Counted from the stretch's first letter, positions 49,036 to 60,458 are shown. The stretch is 64,000 bases of DNA from Bacteroidales bacterium (GCA_016936505.1 JAFGXS010000034.1:25266-89265), one strand, 5' to 3'. Program-made: numbers and translations. The notes: generated by a model not told the origin, from the letters alone.

Positions 49036-50094
49036 ATGAAAAAATTAATCTTTACCCTCTTGCTAAGTACCCTTTTTCTTTCTGTAACAGCACAGGATAA
49101 TTTCAAGAAAGGTTACATCATTTTACTTAGCGGAAAACAAATAGATGGATCCATCAATTACAAAGGAGATATACAGAGCTCTAATATCTGTGTATTCAAA
49201 AACAACGATGGTAAAATTATCCGTTATAAACCTGGTGAAATTAAAGCTTACCGATACCAAAGTGAAGGATATTATGTTTCTAAATTTGTTAAAGAAAACA
49301 ATGAAATCAAACAACTTTTTGTTCGTTATTTGGTAAAAGGAGAAAAAAGCGCTTACTTCTTGAGAAATAATTCAGGATACCATTTCTTGCTTGAATTCAG
49401 CAAAGATACCGTTACCGTAATTCCCTACGAGGTAAATACCATATGGAAAAACGGCAATCCTTATGCACAGGAACCAACAGCCTACAAAGGATATCTTCGT
49501 TACTATTTCAAAGATCAGCCTTCATTGCAGAAGCAAATCAATAAAAATGGGAAACCAAACTTCAATTATATAATCAAGCTTACAAAAAAATACAATCAGC
49601 TCACATGCGGTAATTCCTGTTATACAGTATATTATAAACAGCCATCTATAAAATTTAGTATTGAACCCAGAGTTGAGGTAGTTTTCGGACGTTTATTCGA
49701 CCCTGATGTAGTAACTGAGATTGGGGGCTCACTATACTTACGATTACCTCGTGCAGGAGAAAGATGGGCCATAAGAACCGGATTATTAAATCTATCCGTA
49801 ATCAATAAAAATTCATTCTATTTTTCTGAAATCTTTAAAATCCCTCTTAGAATTCAATATACATTTACAAATAACAAATTAATTCAACCCAGACTGGACC
49901 TTGGATTTGACCTTTATACTTATAAATTTGCCCCAGCAGTAATATATTTTACTGGTTCTGCTGGTTTTCTGATAGAACTCACAAATAAACTTTATCTGAA
50001 CTTAGGTGCTGAAACTATTATTCATTCAGCAACACTTGAAGGAGATTTCTTTATTGGTTACTCAATAGTTAGTGGCGTTTACATAAAATTGTAA
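49036..50094 (+). CDS. Hypothetical secreted/outer-membrane protein
   Basis: Signal peptide from ATG 49036; FKKGYIILLSG..I.G.I pattern, C-terminal barrel-like strands. Confidence 0.7.
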   Translation: MKKLIFTLLLSTLFLSVTAQDNFKKGYIILLSGKQIDGSINYKGDIQSSNICVFKNNDGKIIRYKPGEIKAYRYQSEGYYVSKFVKENNEIKQLFVRYLVKGEKSAYFLRNNSGYHFLLEFSKDTVTVIPYEVNTIWKNGNPYAQEPTAYKGYLRYYFKDQPSLQKQINKNGKPNFNYIIKLTKKYNQLTCGNSCYTVYYKQPSIKFSIEPRVEVVFGRLFDPDVVTEIGGSLYLRLPRAGERWAIRTGLLNLSVINKNSFYFSEIFKIPLRIQYTFTNNKLIQPRLDLGFDLYTYKFAPAVIYFTGSAGFLIELTNKLYLNLGAETIIHSATLEGDFFIGYSIVSGVYIKL

Positions 50095-50202
50095 TCACTT
50101 TTGTTGGATAATTAAACTTTCAGACTTTTTAACTGTGTATTACTATAATGCGCACCGATGATTGTTATCTTTGCATTCCGGTTCATTTATTAACCGATAG
50201 CA

Positions 50203-51450
50203 ATGTCATATATTTACAATCTTCTGATCTATTTGTACAGCCTGACGGTGAGGCTTATATCTCCGTTCAACAAACAGGCCCATGCCTTTGTTCACGGACG
50301 AAAAGACCAGTTCAAAAAAATAAGTGACGCTATCGGGCCTTACGATGAAATTGCATGGTTTCATTGTGCCAGTCTGGGTGAGTTTGAACAGGGGCTACCC
50401 GTAATGGAAGCCTTCAGAAGAACTTTTCCCCGACATAAGATTCTGTTGACTTTTTTCTCCCCATCGGGTTATGAAGTAAAGAAAAACAACGCTCCTGCCG
50501 ATTATGTTTTTTACTTACCCATGGATAAAGCCCGGAATGCTAAACGTTTCATAAAGATTGTAAGACCCCGTATTGCCATTTTTATCAAATACGAATACTG
50601 GTTCAATTATATGAATGAGCTTTACGCAAACAAGATTCCTTTGTTTTATGTTTCGGCTATCTTCAGAAAAAACCAGCACTTTTTCAAAACCTGGGGTTGG
50701 TGGTTCAGAAGCCAGTTGCAAAAAGTAAGCTGGTTTTTGGTTCAAAATGAAAGCTCTGCAGAATTATTGGACAGCATTAAAATATTTCATCATGAAGTAA
50801 GTGGGGACACCCGGTTCGACAGGGTTATAAAAGTTATGGAAACCTCAAAGGAATTATCGGTTCTGGAAAGCTTTAAAGGCAATAATAAAGTCCTGATGGC
50901 CGGAAGCAGCTGGGCACCCGATGAAGATATCCTGAGAAGTTTTATGATACTGGCTCCCGAAAACCTTAAACTGGTAGTTGTTCCACACAAAACAGACGAA
51001 GCACACATCAATGAAATCAAAGATAAGTTTTCAAGATGGAATACGGTTTGTTATTCAAAAGCCGATGAAACAACAATTCCAAATGCAAAAATCCTGATTG
51101 TAGATGTGATGGGCATCCTTTCAGGCCTTTACCGTTATGCAGACATTGCTTACGTAGGTGGTGGTTTCGGAGTAGGTATACACAATATTCTGGAACCTGC
51201 GGTTTTTGAAATTCCTGTGCTGTTCGGCCCCAATCACCAACGCTTTCAGGAAGCTCAGGATATGCTTCAACTGGGAGGTGGGTTTAGCATCAAAAATAAA
51301 GAACAGTTTCAGTCTGTTATGGAGCGTCTACTTGCTGAACCCGAAAGTTATAATAAAGCTTCATTGGCCTCAAAAAAATATGTCAACAGTAACATCGGGG
51401 CCACCGACAAAGTAATCTGGAAAATGAAAGAATACATTGTTGCCGGTTAA
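50203..51450 (+). CDS. waaA: 3-deoxy-D-manno-octulosonic acid transferase
   Basis: WFHCASLGEFEQ, TFFSPSG, YLPMD, KYEYW, GDTRFD, GGGFG..HNILEPA. Confidence 0.95.
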   Translation: MSYIYNLLIYLYSLTVRLISPFNKQAHAFVHGRKDQFKKISDAIGPYDEIAWFHCASLGEFEQGLPVMEAFRRTFPRHKILLTFFSPSGYEVKKNNAPADYVFYLPMDKARNAKRFIKIVRPRIAIFIKYEYWFNYMNELYANKIPLFYVSAIFRKNQHFFKTWGWWFRSQLQKVSWFLVQNESSAELLDSIKIFHHEVSGDTRFDRVIKVMETSKELSVLESFKGNNKVLMAGSSWAPDEDILRSFMILAPENLKLVVVPHKTDEAHINEIKDKFSRWNTVCYSKADETTIPNAKILIVDVMGILSGLYRYADIAYVGGGFGVGIHNILEPAVFEIPVLFGPNHQRFQEAQDMLQLGGGFSIKNKEQFQSVMERLLAEPESYNKASLASKKYVNSNIGATDKVIWKMKEYIVAG

Positions 51451-51500
51451 TCTCCCTACTTTTTAAAATTCAACTTACTTTTGTCAAAATTTAAAAATTT

Positions 51501-52946
51501 ATGACCATGCCTACACTATTGAAAAAAGCACTGAGAAAACCCACAGCGGCCGATATTGTTTTTCTGGTTAAAGACGGTAAAGATCTGACCCAAATCGGGC
51601 TTAGCGAAGACGAAATGGCTTACGTAAAGAAACAGCACCGCGATAAGCAAAGGGTTATTGTGATCAATAGATATAAAAATCTGCTGGTTGTTGTTTATGG
51701 TGATCTTTTGGGAACACTGGCCACCCGGCTCGAGTCTTACCGTATGCGTGGAGACGAAGCTCAGTCAATACTCAACAAGGCTTTGGTAGAACGAACCGTA
51801 ATCTTCAACATTCATGCATCGAAGGAAGAAACCATGGCCTTTGCCGAAGGAATGTTACTGGGAAATTACCAGTTTGTAAAATATAAAAAGGATGGCGAAA
51901 AGAAAGGCAACATGTTAAAGGAAATTGATGTGTACGATCAGCAGATTTGCGATAGCGATCTGGAAGAAGTTTCAGTGTTATCAGAAGCTGTTTGTATTGC
52001 CAGAAACTGGGTAAACGAACCGGTTTCCTATCTTAATGCCGAGCGCTTTTCTGATGAAATGAAAAAACATTGTGAAGCCGCAGGTGTAAAAGTCGAAATC
52101 TTCAATAAAAAGAAAATCGAAAGCCTGAAAATGGGTGGATTACTTGCTGTAAACAAAGGAAGTATTGACCCGCCGACTTTTACCATCATGGAATGGAAAC
52201 CGAAAAACGCAATAAATAAAAAACCATATATTTTGGTTGGGAAAGGCGTGGTTTATGATACTGGTGGTTTAAGTTTAAAACCCAGCAATTTTATGGATAC
52301 CATGAAATGTGACATGGGTGGAGGTGCTGCTGTTGCGGGTGCTATGGTTGCCATTGCAAAAAACAAACTTCCTGTTTATGTCATTGGTCTGGTTCCTGCT
52401 ACCGACAATCGTCCCGACGGTAACGCTTACGCTCCCGGTGATGTGGTACATATGCACGACGGATCTACAGTGGAGGTGCTTAACACCGATGCCGAAGGCC
52501 GTATGATTTTGGCTGATGCACTGAGTTTTGCCAAACAATATAAACCCGAACTGGTTATTGACGCTGCTACGTTGACCGGGGCCGCTGCACGTGCCATAGG
52601 ACCATTAGCCATGGTTGGTATGCAGGCCAAAGCCGATAAGGATTTTGAAACTTTATCGCGTGCAGGTTCAACAGTCCATGAACGTATTGTAGAGTTTCCT
52701 TTCTGGGATGAATACAAAGACATGCTGAAATCCACCATCGCTGATTTGAAAAATATTGGCGGTGCTGAGGCCGGAGCTATTACTGCAGGTAAATTTCTGG
52801 AACACTTTACCGATTATCCTTACATCCATTTGGATATTGCTGCCCCTGCTTTCCTTGAGAAACGTGATGGTTATCGTGGAATTGGAGGAACAGGTGTTGG
52901 AGTCCGATTGTTTTATGAATTTATGAAAGCAAAAGCTTCTGAATAA
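51501..52946 (+). CDS. pepA: Leucyl aminopeptidase (M17)
   Basis: GKGVVYDTGGLSLK, MKCDMGGG, NTDAEGR, ATLTGA, HLDIA. Confidence 0.95.
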   Translation: MTMPTLLKKALRKPTAADIVFLVKDGKDLTQIGLSEDEMAYVKKQHRDKQRVIVINRYKNLLVVVYGDLLGTLATRLESYRMRGDEAQSILNKALVERTVIFNIHASKEETMAFAEGMLLGNYQFVKYKKDGEKKGNMLKEIDVYDQQICDSDLEEVSVLSEAVCIARNWVNEPVSYLNAERFSDEMKKHCEAAGVKVEIFNKKKIESLKMGGLLAVNKGSIDPPTFTIMEWKPKNAINKKPYILVGKGVVYDTGGLSLKPSNFMDTMKCDMGGGAAVAGAMVAIAKNKLPVYVIGLVPATDNRPDGNAYAPGDVVHMHDGSTVEVLNTDAEGRMILADALSFAKQYKPELVIDAATLTGAAARAIGPLAMVGMQAKADKDFETLSRAGSTVHERIVEFPFWDEYKDMLKSTIADLKNIGGAEAGAITAGKFLEHFTDYPYIHLDIAAPAFLEKRDGYRGIGGTGVGVRLFYEFMKAKASE

Positions 52947-52952
52947 TATATG

Positions 52953-52980
52953 AGCCGGTTCACATGAACCGGCTTTTTTT
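52953..52980 (+). terminator. Intrinsic terminator after pepA
   Basis: AGCCGGTTCA-CA-TGAACCGGCT followed by T7. Confidence 0.85.
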
Positions 52981-54742
52981 AACTTGCCATTTTTCCTTCC
53001 ATCAGCATGTTGATGGCATCCTGTAACGAACCGGCACGGGTAATGGTTCCCGTGTTCACAAAGTAAATAACATCGGCATTGGCTATGGTGTTCAAACGAT
53101 GGGCGATGATAACTTTTGTCGTGGTTTCAGGTAGTTTATTTAAAATATCTTCCAACAGTTTCTCTGTAACCGTATCAATATTGGCCGTGGCTTCATCGAG
53201 AATAAGTAAATCGGGTTTACGCAATACCGCACGCATAAAAGCAATCAGCTGTTTTTGTCCCAAGCTGATGCTTTCTCCCGTACTTTCAACCTTAGTTTCC
53301 AACCCCGTATCAAATCTCTGGAGCAGAAGTTCCAGTCCGGCATCGTCAAATATTTTTACCAACTCTTCATTATTCAGATCCTTATACTCTTTATTTCCGT
53401 AAAGAATATTTTCACGCAATGTGCCTGAAAAAAGAAACGGCTCCTGCAAAATAAATCCAATTTTTTGAGCCCTTTCTTCATCTGTATAAGTGCGAATATC
53501 TTTTCCGTCCAAAAAGATTGTTCCTTTCGTTGGATCATACAATCGCGAAATGAGAGATGCAGTCGTAGTTTTTCCTCCACCGGTTGGCCCCACAAAAGCA
53601 TAAGTTTTGCCTTTTTTCAAATCAAAACTAATGTTATGCAAAACCTCTGTCCCATTGGGATAAGCAAATGATATATTGTGAAATGAAACCAGAGACTCGA
53701 TTTCCGTTTCCTTACCTTTTTCCATCAAAAGCAAATTGCTTTCCATATTCAAAATCTTATGAATACGATCCCAGGCTGCCAGTGCCAGTTGAAAGTTGGC
53801 CCACAGCGAAGCCATTTGCCGCAATGGGTTGTAAAAATTACCAATGTAAGCCAGAAAACTAATCAGCATACCAATGGTAAACTGATGAACCGAAATCAAA
53901 TAGATACCAAAAGTGAGTACTACCAACTGGCCGATATTGGAAAACAAAGTATAAACCGGCATAAAAAGGTTGTTGGCAATTCCGGCTTTTACTGCAGCAG
54001 AATAATTTTCTTTATTGGCTTTATCGAACCGCTGCCTGAAATAATCACGTCGATTGAAAGCAACCACTACCTTAAAATTATTCAGGCTCTCCTGGACTTC
54101 CGAACTCAACAGTCCTACATTTTTTAAACTAACAGCATTTGTGTTTTTCACCCAGGGAGAAATCAACTGTGTAAAAATCCAGATAAAAATTGCCGGTGCC
54201 AGAGCTGCCAGTCCCAGCTTCCAGTTAATGGCTACCAAAAATATTGCCGCACCAACCATAATTAAAATAGAGCGGGCAAACTGCATCAACGACTGAGAAA
54301 AAAACTGGTTGATGTTATCCGTGTCGTTGTTGATTCGTGAAATCAAATCCCCGGTTTTGTTCTGATTAAAGAAATCAACGGGTAAATCCTGAAGTTTCTT
54401 AAAAAGATTATTTCGCAAGGTAAACAACATGCGTTGTCCCACGGTTCCCATCAGTTTGGTTTGTATGTAACCTGCTCCCAACGACACAATATAAATCACC
54501 AGCAAAATTCCGCTGAAGATTAAGACCCCGCGGTATTGTTTGGTTACAATATAATGGTTCACCGTATAACCAATCAATATTGGCCCCACAAGGCTCAGGG
54601 CCGCTGCAATCTGCATGGCGACAAAAGCCTGCAACAACGTTCGCTTTTCCTCCACCATATTAGAGACCAGCGTACGTAACAAACCCAGCATATTTTTTTT
54701 ACCCGGCTTATTTTGATTATCGCTGTTAAGATTGTAATTCAT
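52979..54742 (-). CDS. ABC exporter, fused permease/ATPase (heterodimer partner 2)
   Basis: TM domain, GPTGGGKT, ISLGQKQLI, LILDEATAN. Confidence 0.92.
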   Translation of the reverse strand: MNYNLNSDNQNKPGKKNMLGLLRTLVSNMVEEKRTLLQAFVAMQIAAALSLVGPILIGYTVNHYIVTKQYRGVLIFSGILLVIYIVSLGAGYIQTKLMGTVGQRMLFTLRNNLFKKLQDLPVDFFNQNKTGDLISRINNDTDNINQFFSQSLMQFARSILIMVGAAIFLVAINWKLGLAALAPAIFIWIFTQLISPWVKNTNAVSLKNVGLLSSEVQESLNNFKVVVAFNRRDYFRQRFDKANKENYSAAVKAGIANNLFMPVYTLFSNIGQLVVLTFGIYLISVHQFTIGMLISFLAYIGNFYNPLRQMASLWANFQLALAAWDRIHKILNMESNLLLMEKGKETEIESLVSFHNISFAYPNGTEVLHNISFDLKKGKTYAFVGPTGGGKTTTASLISRLYDPTKGTIFLDGKDIRTYTDEERAQKIGFILQEPFLFSGTLRENILYGNKEYKDLNNEELVKIFDDAGLELLLQRFDTGLETKVESTGESISLGQKQLIAFMRAVLRKPDLLILDEATANIDTVTEKLLEDILNKLPETTTKVIIAHRLNTIANADVIYFVNTGTITRAGSLQDAINMLMEGKMAS

Positions 54743-56480
54743 ACTGATTGGTACTGAGTTGTGAATTATAAATCTGAATGTATTCAGGACAGGACTTCAA
54801 CAGTTCGTCGTGCTTCCCTACAGCCACCACCTCTCCCTCCATCAGTAGTACAATCTGATCGAAATCCTTAATCGGTTCAATCTTTTGCGTTACTGAAATT
54901 AAGGTGATTCCCTGGTAATTTTTCTCAACCTTCCGTAATATCTTTTGCTCAGTTTTCTGATCCACGCGGGCCGTAAAGTCGTCCAGCAAAAGTATTTTCG
55001 GGTTCAATGCCAATGCCCTGGCCAGCATAATACGTTGCTTTTGTCCACCCGAAAGGTTGGTACCTCTTTCGGAAGTTACCGTATCCAGTTTTTCTGGTAG
55101 CGTATTAACAAACCCGGTCAGGCCGGAAGTTTCCAACGCTTTTTCCAGCGACTGATCCGTTACCTGATCGCTAAAAGCAATATTTTCCCGCAAACTGATG
55201 TTAAACATCACACTGTCCTGAAAAACAAACCCGATTTGATTATGGAAAAACTCTTTGTTGTACTCTTCAATAGGAACCGAATCAAACAATAACTCTCCTG
55301 CTTCAGTATGATTTAGTCCGGTAAGCAAATAAAGGAGCTGACTTTTTCCTGCTGCAGTTGGCCCAATAATGGCCGTTCGGGTTCCTGACTGAATAGAAAA
55401 AGAAACACTCTTCAAAACAGGTTTTCCGTGGAAAGAAAAAGATACATTTTTTAGTTCTATATTTCCTTTCAATGGAACATCTAGAGTTCCATTATCTATA
55501 GTTTCTTTTGCTGTCATCACCTTGTCTATTCTTTCATAGGAAGCCGAGGCCCGGGCAATAATATTGCTCATAAAGCCAATCATTATGATGGGGAAAATCA
55601 GCAAAGCCACATAGCTGTTGAACGCTGTGAAATTTCCCAGTGTCAAGCTTCCCTGTATTACAAAATGCCCTCCAAGCGCCAAAATAGTGAGCAGTGCCAG
55701 ACTGGCTACAAAAGTAATCGTGGGAATCAGAGTAGCAAAAAGGGTGAGGATGGAGATTCCGATGTTTTTTGCTTCTGAACTTGCCACAATAAATTTCCTG
55801 TATTCCTGCATTTGCGAATTAATTACCCTGATGATAGCAGCACCCAGGATACTTTCGTTAATAATCTTATTGAGCCAGTCAACAACCTCACGGGAACGTT
55901 TAAATAAAACCCGAACTTTCTTTAATACAATGAAAAAAACAATACCAATAATCGGGATAATCATAATAACCGGAATGGCCAGTTTCCAGTCAATGGTAAT
56001 CAGCAAAACACTAATACCTATAATCATAAACAGAGAGGAAACAATACTGGACACTGCCTGAGCCACAAACATTTTTACCGAATCCATGTCGGAAGTGAGG
56101 TTGGTGAGCAACCGTGAAGGATTTGATTTTTGAATAAAAGCATAACTCTGACGGGAAATTTTTTCAGAAAGTTTATTTCTCAAGTCAAAAGCTACCTTTT
56201 CTGATGCGTAAGTCTGCACTATCGACTGCAAATAACTGAAAACAAAAATCACCAATACAGCAGCTAAAAACTCTGTGAGCATCGTGTCCAAAATAAAATG
56301 CCCGTGAGAATAAGCATCAATTCCTTTGGCTATAATTTTAGGAATAACCAGATTGGTTCCGTTGCCAAGCAAAGTAAAAACGATCAATAAGACGATCATT
56401 CCCTTGTAAGGCCTCAGTAAATTAAACAATTTGGCCTGCCCTTTTTTACCTGGTTCTTGTTTTCTGGCTTTCTTCGACAT
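54726..56480 (-). CDS. ABC exporter, fused permease/ATPase (heterodimer partner 1, degenerate Walker B)
   Basis: GPTAAGKS, LSGGQKQR, LLLDDFT (D in place of the catalytic E). Start refined from 56513. Confidence 0.92.
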   Translation of the reverse strand: MSKKARKQEPGKKGQAKLFNLLRPYKGMIVLLIVFTLLGNGTNLVIPKIIAKGIDAYSHGHFILDTMLTEFLAAVLVIFVFSYLQSIVQTYASEKVAFDLRNKLSEKISRQSYAFIQKSNPSRLLTNLTSDMDSVKMFVAQAVSSIVSSLFMIIGISVLLITIDWKLAIPVIMIIPIIGIVFFIVLKKVRVLFKRSREVVDWLNKIINESILGAAIIRVINSQMQEYRKFIVASSEAKNIGISILTLFATLIPTITFVASLALLTILALGGHFVIQGSLTLGNFTAFNSYVALLIFPIIMIGFMSNIIARASASYERIDKVMTAKETIDNGTLDVPLKGNIELKNVSFSFHGKPVLKSVSFSIQSGTRTAIIGPTAAGKSQLLYLLTGLNHTEAGELLFDSVPIEEYNKEFFHNQIGFVFQDSVMFNISLRENIAFSDQVTDQSLEKALETSGLTGFVNTLPEKLDTVTSERGTNLSGGQKQRIMLARALALNPKILLLDDFTARVDQKTEQKILRKVEKNYQGITLISVTQKIEPIKDFDQIVLLMEGEVVAVGKHDELLKSCPEYIQIYNSQLSTNQYELQS

Positions 56481-56511
56481 ATATATAGAAAATTCCATGC
56501 AAAGAAACGGC

Positions 56512-56536
56512 AAAAAGCCGGATCATTCCGGCTTTT
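56512..56536 (-). terminator. Intrinsic terminator after the aldo/keto reductase
   Basis: AAAAGCCGGA-TCAT-TCCGGCTTTT. Confidence 0.75.
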
Positions 56537-56616
56537 GTTCTTCTTTTTCAGATTTACTTTCATCAGCTCATCCTGTTTCTGTTGAACAGAAACAGGATGA
56601 GCCATTATGCTTATCT

Positions 56617-57630
56617 CTACTTTCTTCCTGTACTTTGCCGTTCGATCATCCAGCCAGGGTATTCAGGAGCTAATTTGCTCACCTCATCCAGACTCTTCAT
56701 TTCATCAGCAGTAAACTGCACATCAACAGAATTCAAATTGTCCGACAATTGATGCGTTGTATTCGCCCCGATGATCACTGTTGTTACAGCCGGCTGGTGT
56801 AAGAGCCAGGCCAGTGCCAACTGAGCTACAGAAACGCCTTTTGCATCAGCCATAGGACGCAGTACATCCAGAATATCAAAAGCTTTTTCTTTGTTTACCG
56901 GTGGGAAATCAAAATTGGCTCTTCTGCCGTCACCCGATTTTCCTTCACGGTCGTATTTTCCACTGAGCAGGCCTCCGGCCAACGGGCTCCACACCATCAG
57001 CCCCAATTTCTGATCCAGCAACAAGGGCACTACTTCCCGTTCCAAATCACGGCCTGCAATAGTGTAATATGCCTGTAAAGAAACAAACTTACTCAAATGT
57101 TCCTGTGCAGAAATACCCAAAGCCTTCATGATTTGCCATGCGGCCAGATTACTGCAGCCAATATAACGTACTTTGCCGCTTTGCACCAAACTGTCCAATG
57201 CGCTGAGTGTTTCTTCAAATGGCGTTAACGGATCGAATCCGTGAATCTGATACAAGTCGATGTAATCCATATTGAGCCGCCTAAGGCTTTCTTCGGCTTG
57301 CTGTAAAATATGCTTACGGCTCAGTCCGACATCATTGGGTCCTTCACCCATTTGTCCGCGAACCTTGGTAGCAATAACCAAATCTGAACGGTTCAGACCC
57401 AACTCACGAATGGCCTTTCCTGTCATTTGCTCGCTTAAACCTTCACTATAGATATTAGCCGTATCAATAAAATTAATTCCCCCGTCTACAGATTGCTTTA
57501 CAATATCGTTGACTTGTTCCTGTGGCAATTTACCAATGGCGGTCCACATTCCACGTCCACCAAAGGTCATGGTTCCCAAACAAAGTTCGGAAACTTTAAG
57601 TCCTGTATTTCCTAACAAATTATACTTCAT
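56617..57630 (-). CDS. Aldo/keto reductase
   Basis: LCLGTMTFG, DTANIYS, IATKV, DLYQIHG, GKVRYIGCSN, WSPLAGGLLSGK. Confidence 0.95.
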   Translation of the reverse strand: MKYNLLGNTGLKVSELCLGTMTFGGRGMWTAIGKLPQEQVNDIVKQSVDGGINFIDTANIYSEGLSEQMTGKAIRELGLNRSDLVIATKVRGQMGEGPNDVGLSRKHILQQAEESLRRLNMDYIDLYQIHGFDPLTPFEETLSALDSLVQSGKVRYIGCSNLAAWQIMKALGISAQEHLSKFVSLQAYYTIAGRDLEREVVPLLLDQKLGLMVWSPLAGGLLSGKYDREGKSGDGRRANFDFPPVNKEKAFDILDVLRPMADAKGVSVAQLALAWLLHQPAVTTVIIGANTTHQLSDNLNSVDVQFTADEMKSLDEVSKLAPEYPGWMIERQSTGRK

Positions 57631-57675
57631 AATAATAACTTTTAAATTCTAGTTGATACACAGGTTAATTTCAGG

Positions 57676-59826
57676 TTACAACCAATCGTCGAAATAGGTT
57701 TTAATCTTATTCATCAGGTGAATCCTTGGTTTGCCACGCATATTATGCTCCTGCTGAGGATAAACAAAATAATCGAGCGGTTTGTCCTCGTTAATGGCTT
57801 TTTGCAGAAAGAGCAATCCGTTTTGCCATACCACAATCGGATCAACAGCACCGTGAATCATCAGAATATGTCCGTGAATATTTTGGGTATAATTCAATAA
57901 ACTGGCCTGTTTGTATCCTTCAGGGTTTTCCTGAGGTGTATCCATGTAACGTTCCCCGTACATCACTTCGTAATATTTCCAATCGATAACCGGGCCACCG
58001 GCTACAGCTACTTTAAAAACATCGGGATGGCGCAACATAAGCGACAAGGTCATGAAACCACCGTAACTCCAACCATCAACTCCCAAACGGGTCGTATCAA
58101 CGAAAGGCAAAGTTTTCAGATAGCGAACACCAGCCAGTTGATCTTTCATTTCTTCGGTTCCCAGATGGCGGAAAATTACCTGTTCGAATTTCTTTCCTCT
58201 GTTTTCTGAACCATGATTGTCCAGAGTGAAAACTACATAACCGTGATCGGCCAGATAATTCAAAAACAAACCGGCACCTCCTAACCATGAATCGGTAACC
58301 AATTGAGCATGAGGACCTCCGTACACATAAACAATGGTAGGATATTTCTTTGTGCTGTCGAAATCGGGAGGTATAATCAGGCGGCTGTACAAAGGAACAC
58401 TGTCAATAGGCGAGGGAATAGTGAAAATTCTTGTTTTTCCCAGCTTGTAATCCTTCAAAGGATCTTTGTCTTTCTGAACCACTCTTACCGTTTTCCCTTT
58501 ACTATCGAGCAATTTGTACTCACGGCTCACATCGGTACTGCTGTATGAATCCAGCAAATATTTTCCATCCCGACTAACCTTAACATTATGCGTACCATGA
58601 TCAGGAGTTAGTCTTCTGATTTTCAGACTCCGCATATCAGTAGCATACACGTTTTGCTGCAACGGACTTTCTTTGGTGGCTTTATAATAAACCTTATGTC
58701 CCGGATAGTAACCGATAAACTCTGTCACTTCCCACGGGCCGTTGGTGAGTTTCTTCATCAGCTTGCCATCGGTGTTGTACAAATACAAATGGTTCCATCC
58801 GTCTCTCCTGCTGATCCAGATAAACTGATTAGGGTTTGCCGGATCAAAGAACAAAGGATTTAAAGGTTCAACATATTTGGGATCTTTTTCTTCAAACAGC
58901 GTTTTAACAAACTTTCCTGTTTGCGCATCATATTGATTCAGCCACATATGGTTTTGCCCACGGTTCAGAATTCCGGTATAAATATATTTTCCTTCAGGCC
59001 CCCAGGTTACAGCAGTTAAGTAATGATCCCATTTGCCGAAATTTCCGGAATCAGTATCCAGAAACAGCGTTTTCCCGGTTTTAACATTATAAACACCCAA
59101 AGTAACATGTTCGCTGTTTGTACCAGCCATAGGGTATTTTATATCATCCAGTTTGGCAATACGATGATCAATATCCACCAGCGGATAATCAGCCACTTTG
59201 GTTTGATCTTTACGATAGAAAGCTATTTCATTTCCCGTGGGCGACCAGAAAATTCCCTTTTCAATTCCGAACTCATTGCGCGAAACAAACTGTCCGTTCA
59301 CATTTGCCGAATTGTCGTCGTGAGTGATTTGAGTTACTTTTCCGTCGTTGGCCAGATACAAGTTATTGCCTTCGGTAAAAGCCACCAAAAAATTCTTTTT
59401 GTTCAGCGACATATTTTCGGCATTGTCGGGAACCTGATTTACTTTTTTTACTGAATGTTGCTTATAATTATAAAGATAATAAGCCCCTTGATGTGAAAAT
59501 ACCATTTCATCTGCTGTAACAGAAGTAAGTCCGGGCAGACGTTTTAAAGCTTCGAATCCTGCTTTTTCCATATCAGTGTTCAGTGCTTTCAAATCAAATA
59601 AAACCTCTGATTTGTCAGACTTAATTTGTTGCACATAAACGTTCTGATCTTTAATATAAACAAATTCATCGCTGTTGCCCATCCATTGCAATTGTCGCAT
59701 GGAAGCAGGAAAAACCGCCGGATTCATATAGGCAGCATCAGTGGCAGTAAGCAATTTGGTTTGGGAAAAAGAATAAAATGGCATTGCCAGAAAACCCATT
59801 ACCAGCAGAAAAGTAATTTTTTTCAT
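57676..59826 (-). CDS. Dipeptidyl peptidase IV (S9B)
   Basis: Signal peptide, beta-propeller, GWSYGG nucleophile, IHGAVD, QEH catalytic His. Confidence 0.94.
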   Translation of the reverse strand: MKKITFLLVMGFLAMPFYSFSQTKLLTATDAAYMNPAVFPASMRQLQWMGNSDEFVYIKDQNVYVQQIKSDKSEVLFDLKALNTDMEKAGFEALKRLPGLTSVTADEMVFSHQGAYYLYNYKQHSVKKVNQVPDNAENMSLNKKNFLVAFTEGNNLYLANDGKVTQITHDDNSANVNGQFVSRNEFGIEKGIFWSPTGNEIAFYRKDQTKVADYPLVDIDHRIAKLDDIKYPMAGTNSEHVTLGVYNVKTGKTLFLDTDSGNFGKWDHYLTAVTWGPEGKYIYTGILNRGQNHMWLNQYDAQTGKFVKTLFEEKDPKYVEPLNPLFFDPANPNQFIWISRRDGWNHLYLYNTDGKLMKKLTNGPWEVTEFIGYYPGHKVYYKATKESPLQQNVYATDMRSLKIRRLTPDHGTHNVKVSRDGKYLLDSYSSTDVSREYKLLDSKGKTVRVVQKDKDPLKDYKLGKTRIFTIPSPIDSVPLYSRLIIPPDFDSTKKYPTIVYVYGGPHAQLVTDSWLGGAGLFLNYLADHGYVVFTLDNHGSENRGKKFEQVIFRHLGTEEMKDQLAGVRYLKTLPFVDTTRLGVDGWSYGGFMTLSLMLRHPDVFKVAVAGGPVIDWKYYEVMYGERYMDTPQENPEGYKQASLLNYTQNIHGHILMIHGAVDPIVVWQNGLLFLQKAINEDKPLDYFVYPQQEHNMRGKPRIHLMNKIKTYFDDWL

Positions 59827-60002
59827 ATGATTTTATTTAGTGTCCATTAACGAAAGCGCTGTTTCAAGAAGTTTCATTTGCTTCCGTAATTATTTCCATT
59901 AGCAAACTTAGAGAATCTTTTCCATTTTTCTCTGGCAGTATGGGGTTACATACGTTAAAAATCCTGAAAATTGACTACTTTCGCGTTGCGAAAATTTACT
60001 CC

Positions 60003-60458
60003 ATGCTCAACCTTTTCACCGACGAATACTTCATGAAAGTTGCTTTAAAAGAGGCCGAAACAGCCTTTGCCGAAGGTGAAATACCCGTTGGAGCCGTAGT
60101 AGTGTGCAACGAACAAATTGTAGCCAAAGCCCACAACCAAACCGAGCGTTTAAACGATGTAACAGCTCATGCCGAAATGCTGGCCCTTACAGCGGCTTCC
60201 AATGCTTTGGGAAGCAAATACCTGAAGGAATGTACCCTGTATGTTACTCTGGAACCCTGTACCATGTGCGCCGGAGCTGCCTACTGGACACAGGTAGGCC
60301 GACTGGTTTACGGTGCTACTGACGAAAAAAGAGGGTATTCCCTGCTCGAACACCTTGTTCTGCATCCCACCACATTGATTAAAACCGGAGTACTTCAGGA
60401 AGAAAGCTCAGCACTTTTACAACAATTTTTTAAGCTTCGCCGACCAAAGAAATCATAA
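60003..60458 (+). CDS. tadA: tRNA-specific adenosine deaminase
   Basis: EIPVGAVVV, HAEM, TLEPCTMC. Start refined to ATG 60003. Confidence 0.92.
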   Translation: MLNLFTDEYFMKVALKEAETAFAEGEIPVGAVVVCNEQIVAKAHNQTERLNDVTAHAEMLALTAASNALGSKYLKECTLYVTLEPCTMCAGAAYWTQVGRLVYGATDEKRGYSLLEHLVLHPTTLIKTGVLQEESSALLQQFFKLRRPKKS